Source: Lepidodermella squamata (Eukaryota; Animalia; Gastrotricha). Taken from it: a stretch of 64,000 nt of DNA. A program made the position numbers and the translations under genes. Positions 23,265 to 35,462 of the stretch are shown here, one piece after another (positions within the stretch are counted from its first letter, which is position 1; each line of letters begins with the position of its first letter). Below the pieces are notes generated by a model, which saw nothing but the letters and a program-made list of their open reading frames with translations, was not told the DNA's origin and did no database searches. The stretch covers positions 1,364,001-1,428,000 of the forward strand of contig JBLDXI010000033.1 in NCBI GenBank assembly GCA_047495785.1. Reading direction: 5' to 3'.

Positions 23265-25611
23265 AATTGCCTGCCGAGTTTTATGGAACCGCTCGACGGC
23301 AGAGACAACGACTGTGATGGCAGCATCGATGAGGAAATTTGCGATGATAAGGACGATGATGGCGATGGCCTGATCGATGAAGACTGCGGTGCTGCAACGC
23401 CTATCCAAGGGCCGTCAAAAATAGGTAAATGACAAAATTTCGAATTTTTTAATCTTAAATTCGAAATTTCAAGAAATGCGAAGAACTGTTGGCTGCTACA
23501 ACAAAAGAGCTGAGCTCTCCTGCCCAGCCGGGAAAACCATTAAGATAATTTCAGCCCATTATGGTCGGATAGGCTTTGTTGGCGATAATACTTGCCAAAT
23601 CGGTAACACATTCGATTTCAACGGCTTCGAGGTCGACTGCGGATTCAAAGACATTCACTCGAATGTCGCAAGCCAGTGTGACAAACAGCCCAATTGCGCC
23701 GTTACGGTCAACGAGCACGGCCTCGGAAGTGTTTGCAACTCTGGGCCATGCAAGCCATGCAGCCTTTACGCCGATATTCAATACACATGTCTTGGTATGA
23801 AATAATTCTTTATTATAGTCGAAATTATTTGAAATTTTCACGCTCAGATGAACCGCGTTGGAGCTGCTGGCACCCTACTAGTCGAATCTCCTCCACAACC
23901 CCCGAGCATTGGTCTGCGAGCTCAACTGAGAAGAGACCTAGGAGTGAGCAGGGCTGTCTCAGTGGTCGGAACAAGGCCTTCAATAACTCACCATTTGAGC
24001 CGAGAAAATCCGGATGCGAAACGTGTCTTCCTACAACAAATCGGTTATCGACAGCCGCACCATCAGAAGCTTTCTCAGGCCGGCTCGGCGCGTCGAATCT
24101 TGAGTCATGGTGCCCGGCGTTTTGCGACAAAACTCTCCCGTTCCTTCAGGTCGATCTCGGTGGTGATTTTCTCGTAGTCGGATTTTTGATCCAGGGCCAG
24201 CGTTATCTTGACAACTTCGCGACAAGTGTCGCAATTTCCTACAGCCACGACGGCCGTAGCTGGTACGAACTCCGCGAACCAGCCCAGGCGTTGGTCTTCA
24301 AATTCGACGCGAATAACGACCCTAGGACGATTACCGGCTTTCATTTGAATAGCTTGAGCTTCATTGCGAGATATGTCCGCTTTGTTGCGTTGGACAGCGT
24401 TGGGTCACCCTGCATGCACGTCGAGGTCATCCGGTGCAACGAGCGTGTCGAATGTGGGCCGTTGCAAATCGCCAATTCAGACGCGTTGAACAAAGCTGGG
24501 CAGATAGATCAAATCCTTCGCGTTAGCTGTTTGTCAAATTTCGAAACGCCCGATGGCTTGAAGGCGTTTGAGGTCATCTGCGAGCGGGCCGAGGGCGGCG
24601 CCGGGTTGCCGGTCTGGGGTGGTAAACGCGAGTGTTCGGTCGCTAAATCTTGCGCATTCATCCCGGCCGTTCAAGATGCGCTTCATGACGCGGTGAATGT
24701 CAAACTTGGAACGAAGGTCAATTACACGTGTAATCCTGGGTTCACCCGATTTGGGCCGGAAACTGTAACGTGTGGCCCGGATGGACATTGGTCTCAAATC
24801 CCGTTCTGTGAGTTACTAATTTAATTCAAAAACTTCTTGAAATTCAATTTTTTTTTTATATTTTTATTTTAAATTTAAATTTAAATTTAAAATGTTCAAG
24901 ATTTCAAAAAATGGTTCAATTCATTTGTTAAAATTCCAGGCTGTAATCAATCTGAGCAGATACAAGGCCGCTGTTATAAGCTGTCGAAGATTCAACTTCC
25001 TTACGATGAAGCCGTTATCGAGTGTAAAATGCGGGGTGGCCAACTTGCTGAACCCACCGACCCAGCCGCGCTTTCTCAACTAGCCTCGCTCATTCGCCCG
25101 AGACGCGATATTGGCAACCGGCCTGTTTGGCTCGGTTTCACCGATCGATTCAGCGAGGGCCGATTCGTTTTCGAATCTTCCCAAATGGAAGCCACTCTGC
25201 CTTTCGCTGGAGGGTTCGCTAAACTTGAAATATTTCAAATAGAAACACCACCTTAAATATTACTATTTTTGCGATTTTTTAAGGTCACCTTCAAGCTCGG
25301 GCTATGAAAATTGTCTCACTCTTGAGTCGCGATCAAGCTTCACTCTGGCTGATTCAAGTTGCTCGAATTCGCTCTATTTTTTCTGTAGCTACAGCACTGA
25401 ACCAGCTGAAGAATTCTCGAACTTTGGCCGAGTTCCCGATCGCGATCCAACTGAATCATCAGGCTCAGGAGCCGAACAGCCTCAATCTACCTCATCTACC
25501 TCAGAAACGACCCAACCGGCCGAAACGACAACCGAAATTCAGCCGCCGACTTCGCGTTCAATTGCTGAATTTCTCGCTGATTTCGCGACAGCGATGGCTC
25601 GACGTCATTGA
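23265..25611 (+). CDS. Tail module A: DGxDNDCDGxIDE repeats, SUEL/rhamnose-type lectin, F5/8 type C (discoidin), CCP/sushi, C-type lectin, Ser/Thr-rich end
   Basis: Exons 23265-23424, 23474-23794, 23848-24807, 24940-25213, 25284-25611 join in frame at GT-AG sites. Motifs LSCP...I.I.SAHYGR, SWCP...LQVDL, ARYVR, CNPGF..G...C...G.WS, CY...A...C..GGQLA...VWLG.TD...EG.F. Confidence 0.8.
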
Positions 25612-26041
25612 AAATTGCCAGAGAAATACGAAAAATAATTACCTTGAACTAGTTTGCTGTCTATGCTTCTTTTTATCCTAAAAATACGATCTTCCTATAT
25701 AGGTATACATAGAGTCGAATAATTCTTCCTCTATTTCGACATCTCAGCATTCTTCCTATAGTTGAATACAGCTTCCGCAAAATTCCACCCCCTAATTTTT
25801 GATGACAATCATTTTACTCGTGAGTATCGTGCATTTTTTGTTGGTTTTCTATTCAGTATTTGCAATGTCTTGAAATAAAAATTTGAAAATATCGCAGCAA
25901 TAAAACGCAGAAAAATTTAATAATAATACGCGTTGTAAAGGACGTCCAACATATACCTATATAAATATAATTAAATTAACCAAATGAGTACTTTGTGAGT
26001 AAAAATTGAAATAATTGCATATATATATATTTTTAATTTAG

Positions 26042-28456
26042 AATTGCCAACCGGGCTTCATGATTCCAAACGACGGCAAAGACAACGACTGTGACGGTCG
26101 AATCGACGAGGAAATCTGCGGCGATGGATTGGGTAAGGCTATAAAAATTCGATAAAACCATTTTTCAAAATTGCTAATCTTAGACAATGATGGCGATGGG
26201 AAAATTGACGAAGACTGTGGAAGCACCTTCCAACCATCGACCGAGAAAAGATATGTCCTGCCCCGAATTCAAATCTGCTTCGGCGACCGGGCTGTTCTCG
26301 CATGCAACGCCTCGGCTGGGCAACGAATCCGTATTGTCCAGGCTCATTTCGGCCGAGCCGGTTATCCAGGTGAAGACTCATGCCGATCCGCCAACCCGAT
26401 TTCATGCTCAGGCGAAGAAGCTGACTGCGGCTGGCGAACGGTTCGCGATCACATCGGAACGATTTGCAACACTCGGGAAAAGTGCGAGCTTAAAGTCGAC
26501 TCAGCTTTCGTCTCAGCCTGCCCCCTCGACGCGACGTGCCCGCTCTGCGCTCAATACCTCGAAGTCATCTACATGTGCTCTACCGAACCAGCCGATTGCC
26601 AATACCTGGCGACCGATGCTGAATTTTCGTTCTCAGACGGCTACTACGGCGTTGAGGGTGGTAACGCTGGGGAGCTTTCGAGCTGCGCCTCAGCTCGAGA
26701 GTTCGATCAACTTGACAGTAACGCTATTCAATATTCAATGCTGCGCCGCGAACAGCCGACATGTGATGGCGGGTGTATCCAGAAGCAAGTTGGCGCGTCT
26801 CAAAAATTGGGCGAGAAAGTTTGCGCGGCTTCTTCGGCTTGCATGGACATGGATGGGTTGCCGAGTTGGTGCCCGGAACGGTGCCAACTAGCCCGACCTT
26901 ACCTCCAAATTGACTTGAAAGGTAAAATGACCTAACGTCAATTGAAGCCTTGAGAATTTAATCTCAAATTTAAATTTATTTTCCTAATTTTAATTTTTAA
27001 TAATTTTTAATCAATTTTTCAATTTATAATTATTGATAATTAATTTTTTAAGCTTCGAGCTTAAAAATCGAGGCCAAGATGAAATGCCTGGACGGCGTGA
27101 TCGTTCCAACCGTGATGTTCGGGTCCGAAGGATGGGCGATGACTCGTGAAGAAGAAAGAAGGCTAGATGTCTGCCAGATGAAATGGCTCAGGAACATTAC
27201 CGGAATTAGGCTGGCTGATAGGGTCCGAAATGAAACAATTAGAAAAAAATGTAATACGCAAAAATTATCAACAAAGGTCGCTAGGAATCAATTAAGATGG
27301 TACGGACACGTAGAACGCAGAGACTCGGAATCGCTATTGAAGCAGGTTAGGTATTGGGACCCCCCGGACGATTCGTGGCAAAGACCCCAGGGCCGTCCCA
27401 AACTGCGCTACTCAGACTGCATGAGAAGGCAGTTGAAGAAAATTAATATTGAGAATTGGGAGGACGCCGCTGTATTAGCTCAGAATAGAATTGAGTGGCG
27501 TACGAAATTGAAAAATATCACAGATTGATTTTTGAATAATGAATTCATTTCGCTCATTTTTCAAACAAAAATATCGAATTTTTCATCATTTTCAATACAC
27601 TTTGATTTTGGCTTGACTTAGGATCGACTAACGTTGGTCCTCCTCCGACACTCGGTATGGTTGGAGGAACACCATCATCCTTCAGCCATACCGGGTACAC
27701 CGGAGTGAATTTTATTTCGTTATGTGTACAGGTTTCCTTTTTTGTCTTTTTGCTCTAAACGAAATAAAGAAGATGTAATGTAATGTAATTTTTTAATTAT
27801 TCAATTTTAATTTATTTTCAGGAAAGTTCCGGATTAAAGCCGTAATTATGCAAGGTCGCCGAAACTGGGACCACTGGGTGACCTCAGTGACCTTCGCCTA
27901 TAGCTCCGACGGGGTTCAATGGACGGATAAGCTTGACCCCTACGGCGTAATCCAGGAGTACAAGGCCAACGAAAACCCATTCGACGCTGTTGTGTGGGCT
28001 TTCAACAACGGCGAATTCGAAGCTCGGTACCTTCGAGTGAATGTTCGAGAATGGTACGGCTACCCTGCGTTGAACCTTGAGGTAGTTCGATGCGCGGCAG
28101 CGCTCAGCTGTCCCGCGATTTCGGTCATGAATTCGAACATCCAAAGCGAGCCGGCTCTTTTCGGCCAGCAATTGGAGGTTCAATGCAACCGGCTATGGAT
28201 GACACCTAGTGGCGAGATTTCCTACAAACTAACGTGCCGGACGGATGGGGCGTGGGACTGCGGGGCTAGGCCATGTTCGGAATTGCGAACTTGCGGCGAT
28301 ATTCCAGCTGTGACCGGGGCGTTGCATAATGCGAGAAATATGCTTGTCGGATCGCTGGTAAGCTACGTTTGCCAGGGTGGTCGCCAAATTCAGGGCAACG
28401 CTACCGTCATCTGTCAGCCGAGTCGCGAATGGTCAGCTCCACCTAAATGTGTCTAA
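26042..28456 (+). CDS. Tail module B: DGxDNDCDGxIDE repeats, SUEL lectin, F5/8 type C, CCP/sushi; no start or signal exon of its own
   Basis: Begins ttttag|AAT TGC (phase 0, like module A); exons 26042-26132, 26184-26921, 27822-28456. No upstream coding exon seen between 25611 and 26041. Confidence 0.8.
27052..27785 (+). mobile_element. 5'-truncated non-LTR retrotransposon (RTE-like) in an intron of module B
   Basis: ORF 27079-27528 matches the post-RT C-terminus of RTE-type LINEs (P..MFGSE.W, LR.I.G....D.V.NE.IR, LRWYGHVER, RP.GRP..R..D, A..R..WR). (TGTAA)n tail; 11-bp direct repeat TAATTTTTTAA at 27041-27051 and 27786-27796. Confidence 0.9.
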
Positions 28457-29095
28457 AAATCGAATCTCAAAAACAATTATTACTCCAAGCATGGATAAAT
28501 AGTAAATTAATTGAAATTTGGTGAATTAATAAACAAAATTGTAAAGGAACGAGGTGATGAAACTCGAAATCCATTTTATAAACTAATTATACATGTGCTT
28601 TTATGAAATTTATCATCATAAAAACCTATTATTTTTCTGCTCACTGTTGTTATGATGGAAAATCATTCCATTAATTATCGTGCCTCTAGCAATTCTGATT
28701 GTACATAGCAAAAATTTATTGCGGGTAATAAAAATCGAATCGAGTAATTAGCGTTAATATTCAAGACAATTTCGGTCAATAACAAGATAATAACATTGAT
28801 AGTTTTTTGATGAGGTCAAAAGCGCACTAGAAGATGCAAGTGCGCTTGTAAACAATGCGGCCTTAAATGCCCGATAATCCGCAGCCATTTCCTTCACTCA
28901 TCCCCTCGAGCTAGGTGCCTAAACGTTTGTTGATATTATTTATGACACTTGGTTTTGCGCTTTATACGTGTGCTTTATACGTCTAAATTATACAAATATT
29001 TGCGAAAATTAACAGATTTTTATATTAGAGCAATATACAATAGCTGTTGTTTTTTACAAGTGATTACCTCTTCACGGTGTTATAACACAAAGGAA

Positions 29096-30341
29096 ATGTT
29101 TAGAAAAATGATTATCTTTCAACATCTGTTGTTGATATACCAACTTATCGAGTTGGCATCCGGCCAAAAATCTGACGATTTCCCGCCGGATCCACGATCT
29201 ATCGGCAATAGGTGCGTAGCTGATGAGGATTGCCTACCTGATTCAGATTGTGTTCTGATATCAACTACTTGCGATTACAAGTCCTGCGTTTGTCGCAAAG
29301 GATTCCGAATAGACCCTACCGATGGGCTATGCAAGCAAGGTGTTACAAAAAAATCCGCCTTAAAATTTCAATTTTTCGCAAATTTTTCATTAATTTGTGT
29401 AGTTAGGAATATAGATCAGCGCTGCAATAACCAGACAGATATTTGCGGCCCGATATTTTCGAGCTGTCAAGCTGGATTTTGCAAATGTAACGACAATTAT
29501 AAAACCGGACCGTCGGGCAACGAATGCGTCCTGACGATGAAGCGATCTTTCGAAGGCGAGCGGTGCTTCGATTCTATGGAATGCTACAACAATTTTGTTT
29601 GCCTTAAAAATCGCTGCAACTGCTACGATGGATTTCGAAGTTCGATCGATGGTCGAAATTGCATTGCAAGTTTGTTGGCCAATAAACCCTCAATAAATAT
29701 CTTTAAAACTCCTATCTATAGGGGAGCTTGGTGATGCGTGCGAAAAAGACTTGGATTGCTCGAGAATTCCTAACGCTATGTGCGGTGATGTTACCATGCA
29801 ATGTCAATGCAAGAGGGGTTATCACAAAATTATTTACAACCACTCGTTGACTGAATCTCGAGCAGCCTGCACTCCGATAAGAGGTAGACCCGCATTTCCT
29901 AATTTTCAGCTTCCTATCGCATTTTTTCCTATCATAGAGCCGGTAATTATTGAGGGAGGCCGGTGCTCGATGTTTGATGCCGAGCCTGTAGCTGGAAGGT
30001 ACTGTCGCCTGGGATATATTTGCGGCGGGTGTGAGCGCAATTTACTGAAAGTTGACACCTATTGCCTAAGGCCTCCAAATGCGGTGACAGTGGCTCTTAA
30101 TTCTCGCGCTAGTGTGATGATGAACGAAGAGATGCCGTTTACAAACGACGATTACGACCTAGAAATCGGAGATGTGAAGCCTAGAAAAACTGGGGCTAAC
30201 AGTTCCACAACGTCTACGACATCAAAACCGGCTGGGGTAGCAAAATTACTCGCAGGATCATGCTCAAATTGGAATTTAAAATTTTATTTGATTACTCTAA
30301 TACTCAGTAATGCAGGAATTTTATTGATGAGAATGTTTTGA
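29096..30341 (+). CDS. Cys-rich EB-module/EGF-like surface protein with signal peptide and hydrophobic (GPI-like) C-terminus
   Basis: Repeated G..C..D.DC...S.C.....C.C..GF units. Introns 29340-29402, 29670-29721, 29884-29937. Ser/Thr stalk followed by a hydrophobic tail. Confidence 0.72.
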
Positions 30342-30416
30342 ACTCATAGTTGCGCCTCTCTTATTTTTTAAATAAAATAAAATCAAAATTCATAGCGAAG
30401 TGTCAAGTTAATGCTG

Positions 30417-32379
30417 CTACTTCGATTTGACGAGCATCGCGGCAGATTGGTACTGGAGTTTGAAACTGAAAAAAATTAAATAAATTTGTAATTAAAAAAG
30501 TATAATAGCTGTGGTCATAATTTACTCTGCTCCTTCGTTGCCAGTAGGATGTTCTTCGCTTTTCAAAATTTCACCGATTGCAGCGCGGCGCCAGTCGCTT
30601 ACGAACCGAACAGGGCCTTATCGCAAAACTTTGATTAAATTTCATGATTTTCGATTCAGGCAAAAATTTACCTTCGGCTCTGCCTCCTTCTCCATATCTG
30701 CTGTAGCTGTAAAGCGCCAAAGAGCAAAGCAGCTTGGTTCCTAATTCTTTTTTCAGCTGGGCCACAACAGGGTTGATTTCTGAAGCGCTGGCTGCTTGGT
30801 CACGTGCGACCTCATCACGGTCATCTTCATAATCTCGATCTTCGTCTTCGTCGTAATATTCATCATCCTCATCTTCTTCTTCGTAGTAGCGTTGCCGATA
30901 GAATCCTCCGCTGTAGAATCCTCTCTGCTTCTTTTTATTCTTCTTAGATGACCCTTCGAATAATGTGATCTGACGTGAAAATTGAGTTAAAAATAGACGA
31001 ATAGGATTTGAGAGCAATACCTTTAATTCTGTTTGATACTCCTGATCAAAACATTCGCGAAGGTAGACATCGGCAGATTCAGCAGCATCGTCATCTCCAG
31101 CTTTGCCTTCAGCTGCCACCTCAATCGGAACAAGCTCGATCTTGAATTTACCACTCGAGGCAAAAGCTTCATAGGCGATTCGATCGGCTCCTTTTAGAAG
31201 ATCGGGCTTTAGCGACAACGGAGCGTAAATGTGCTGTAAAATGAAGCCAACTCGCCTTTTTCGACTCTTCTTCCATTCTTCGAGATTGAATAGGTGATGC
31301 AGAAGATTTGTTAGTTTTTGGTGGGCAGGAGCAAGCGAAGCTGGAATGGTTGGTTTGCCCTCCTTGCCTTGGAAAATCAGATTGTAGGTCAACGCGACTC
31401 GATAGCCAGACTTCAATGGTTTGACCTCATGTTCGCAATCAGAGAAAAATGAGACAGCACGGCATCTACAAATTTCACGATTTTACTGAAATTTAGAAAA
31501 AATCGAATTGATTTACTTCAAAACGCTTTTCGCGAGATCTGGGTCAGAATAGGAAAAAGTGTAGTTCCTATCAGTTCCTTCGTGCCGAACGACCAATTCT
31601 CCGCCGGTGTAGATGCAAGGCAAAAATACGACAATTGAGCCGAAATGATTCGCCTCACGCTGGGTGTCTCGATGGGCCTTGAAAAACGAACCTTTTTGAT
31701 AAATCAGGAGTTTGTAAAATTTAGCCGAAATCGCCTTGCTTCGAGGCGCGAGTTGTTCTTGGATAGATTTCAGCAACGGGCTTTTTGTTGAATCGCTGAA
31801 TAGATCAAGCCACTCCTGGCTGTTGATCGCAACCTTCGAGGCTTCAATTTCCCAGCCATCTCGAACTGTTTTATCCACAACTGTCTTTGTCCCACGGCCG
31901 AAAGGTGCTTGTTTAGCTAGCTCGATCAATTGCTGGCAAGAGGCTTCGTCGCATGGGAATTGAATGTATGAACCGGCGACGGAAATCAAGGGTAACATGT
32001 CGATATCACTCGAGCATGACCACTCATTCTGAGGCAGATCGCCTTTGATGCTTTGCCGATATGAACTTTCGGTGAACTGCTCTTTAGACCCGAAAAATAC
32101 CTCTAAACTGTTAAGGATTTGCTTCTCTGTCATAGGAGGGAGTGGAGGCGCTTCCTATAATACATTTATTCGCAAATTAGTAGATTTATTAGCAAATATA
32201 ATAGTTACTTTTACGGCAGCAGTCGCGCCAGTTTGTTGAGCTTTCGCACTCTTCGCCGGAGCTTTCTTGGCAGCCGGTTTTTTCGCTGTTTTCTTGGCTG
32301 CTGTCGCCCCATTCTCGGCATCATCATCGTCGCCGTCGTCTGGAATAACGATTGCATTTTTCGGCGCGGCTCTCTTCAT
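30417..32379 (-). CDS. 2OG-Fe(II) oxygenase (prolyl-hydroxylase-like fold), copy 1
   Basis: APFG.G..TVVD..VR..WEI, YKLLIY..GSFFKAHRDT (HxD), FFSDCEHEVKP..SGYRVALTYNL (distal H, R), LQH.Y..LKGADR, PTGNEG. GT-AG introns. Confidence 0.85.
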
Positions 32380-32878
32380 TTATCTGCTAGTAAAAAATTG
32401 TATATTGCTAACACGTTATAATTGTTTTTAATTTTTGAAAAATAAAGTGGTTGTGGATGGACGAGAATTTTCGCGCGCGATCATTCTCCAACTCAACAAA
32501 TGACACAAACAGCAGCACGTGATCAAGTCTGCGTTGAAATTTTTTCGATGAGTTAGTCAAACCTTAATTTTTTAATTTTCAATGTTGTCCACGTCCAATG
32601 CCAAGTTCTAGGAATAAATTCTAAAAGATAGATTGCTTCAATTAATTAAAAAAAACCGAAAAGTAAAAAAAAGTAGATCAACAAGTGAAAAAGAAAGAAA
32701 TTTTGATGGATCGGATTTTTTGCGTGCAAATTTAACCATTTTTTAAATGTAATTATTTCTTTTTATTTTTATTAAATCATCTTCTTCATATTACACAACT
32801 TCATATTGATTCCGCAAAGAATCAAGGTAGAACGATCACAAATCTATGTTAGCATCTGAATGTTGCAATGCCAATTCT

Positions 32879-33283
32879 TCACTTTGGCCTGACAAGCATC
32901 GCCGCCGTTCGGTATTGAAGTTCAAATCTGAATTTGGGGGAAAATTATTTAAAAATGCCCATAAATTCTCAAATATTAGTCTTACTCGGCTCCTTCGTTG
33001 CCAGTAGGACTCTCTTCATGATCAGTAATTTCTCCGATCGCAGATCTACGCCAATCACTCACGAATCTAACAGGACCTTTTCAAAAATAATTAAAAAAAT
33101 TATATGTAATCAACGCTACTATAATCAATTGTTTCATTACCAGTCGGTAGCTCCTCCTCCATTCCTTTCATTCTAAAGGAATTAAGGCTGAAAGTACTCA
33201 GCAACCCATCGTCTAACTCCGATTTGAGTTGCAACGCGGTGAGGTTGACCTGCGATAAATCGGGACCATTGTAGACCCATTCG

Positions 33284-33330
<47 letters not shown>

Positions 33331-34821
33331 GTCGTCGTCGTCGTCTTCGTCTTCATCTTCATCCTCGTCGTATTCGTCGTAGAACGGCTTCTTCGCAGGT
33401 TTTTCTTCTAGCTTCAAGGGCGGCTGATACAGGTGAACCTGGAAAATAGGTATTTCTACAATTTGAACATTTTCCAGTACAAAAGAGTTATTACATCCAT
33501 TTGAGTCTCATATTCTTGTTCGAAGCACTCGCGAAGGTAAACGTCGGCAGTTTCCGATGCCTCGTCATCGCCAGCTTGTCCCGTCGCAGAAACTTCAATC
33601 GGAACTAGCTCGATTTTGTACTTCCCGCTCGAGGCAAACGCTTCATACGCAATCCGATCCGCCCCTTTCAAAAGATCCGACTTCAGCGACAGCGGAGCGT
33701 AAATGTGCTGTAAAACAAGCCCGATTCGCTTTTTACGATCATTTTTCCATTCGTCGAGGCTGAACAGCTGCCCGAGGAGGTTATTCAGATGTTCGTGGGC
33801 GGTGGTGATTGATGGTGGCGGCGTCGGTTTCTTGCCCCTGTCAGAAAAGAACAGGTTGTAGGTCAACGCGACTCGATAACCAGACTCCAGTGGTTTGACC
33901 TCGTGCTCGCAATCAGAAAAAAACGCGACAGAGTGGCATCTATAATAATTGAATAATGATAAACTGCGAAATTCATAGCCGAAAATGGCTTACTTCAGGA
34001 CACCCTCGGCAAGTTCTGAGCTCGAGTAAGAAAACGAGTAGCTTCTTTCGACCCCCTCATGTCGGACAAGTAATTCACCACCCGAGTAAAAACTAGGCAA
34101 AAACACGACAATCGACCCGAAATGGTTCGCCTGGCGTTGGGTATCACGATGAGCCTTGAAGAACGATCCCTTTTCATAGATCAGCAGCTTGTAGAGCTTT
34201 GCCGAAATCGTCTTCGAACGGGGCGCGAGTTGCTCTTGAATCGATTGTAGAAGACTGCTAGTCGCAGAGTTGTCGAAAAGCTCGCGCCAGGCTTTGCTTT
34301 TGATCGAAATTTTCGAGGCTTCAATTTCCCAGCCGTCACGAACTGCCTTGTCCAGGACTGTCTGAGTGCCGAGGCCGAAGGGCGCTTGCTTCGCGTGTTC
34401 TATCAGCTGTCGGCACGTGTGTTCATCACATGGAAATTGAATGGTTGACCCGCCGACGGAGATAAGTGGCAAAATGTCGATGTCACTCGAAAATGACCAC
34501 TCGTTCTGCGGCAGAACTGCTTTGATGCTTTTCCGGTAGGACGATTCGTAATCGTATTCTTTAACACCGAGGGCAGCTTGTAAATTCTTGATAATCTCAC
34601 TCTCGGTCAAAACAACAGGAGGCTGGTTCTTTTAAAGAAGGAAATTAAATGAAATTAAATGTCAAAAATTGAAGCAAACAAACCGTTGGAGTTTCGTTGG
34701 CTTCGATCATTTTCTTTGATTTAGCGGCGGTTGAATCTTTCGCGTTCTCGTCGTGCTTATTTTCGCGACTATCGTCGTCTGGGATGACGATTGGCTCATT
34801 ATTAGGCGCGCCTCTTTTCAT
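32879..34821 (-). CDS. 2OG-Fe(II) oxygenase, copy 2, with poly-Asp tract
   Basis: Paralog of copy 1 with the same motifs and intron positions; start MKRGAPNNEPIVIPDD. Confidence 0.85.
33281..33345 (-). repeat. Coding trinucleotide repeat (GAC/GAT)n encoding about 21 Asp
   Basis: (TCA)n/(TCG)n run on the + strand, in frame in ORF 33100-33417. Confidence 0.9.
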
Positions 34822-35462
34822 TTTCGTCGCTGAAAATCAATTGCAATGAGTAGCAAAAACTGGCTTTTTGTGCGAATGTGTTGAGCAATAAACAGCAACT
34901 TTAACGCAGACCTCGCCATGTTGTGCTGTTTGCTTGCTGTTTGCTGTTCGCATTTCACAAAATGACACACAAACGCACGCCGTAGCAAGCTTTCCCTGAT
35001 TTACCTCAAGAAAAGGGTCTCAATCTTCAAAATTAAAATTGGTTCTCTTCAACATTTTTTCTTCTATTTTCAAGGCAAATTTCGGTTCTACCGATGGTTG
35101 ACTGAATTTCCTTGACAACGGGACATGCGAGCTTCCATCGACTTGACCTTGCCGTTGTTTTTAATCGCCTCCTGGCGCCTTGAAATGGCGCGAAAAACCA
35201 TTACTCTTTATTTCATTGAACGTGAAAACTCACTAAAAAGCGCAGTATTTTTTTAATGAGCGGCTTCATTCATAAAATCCCTTTATCACACGTAGTAAAT
35301 ATAAATAGTAGTGGCCGCTGGTAGAGCTCATTCGTGGCAGTTTTTTCTTATCAACGCGTTTTATATGCTATGAAACCACATGAAATCATTTACGACGAGT
35401 TTTCAAGCATGTCTGTATGAATGAATTAGGGGTTTTTAAATTATAAAAATCAGCGATTGACG

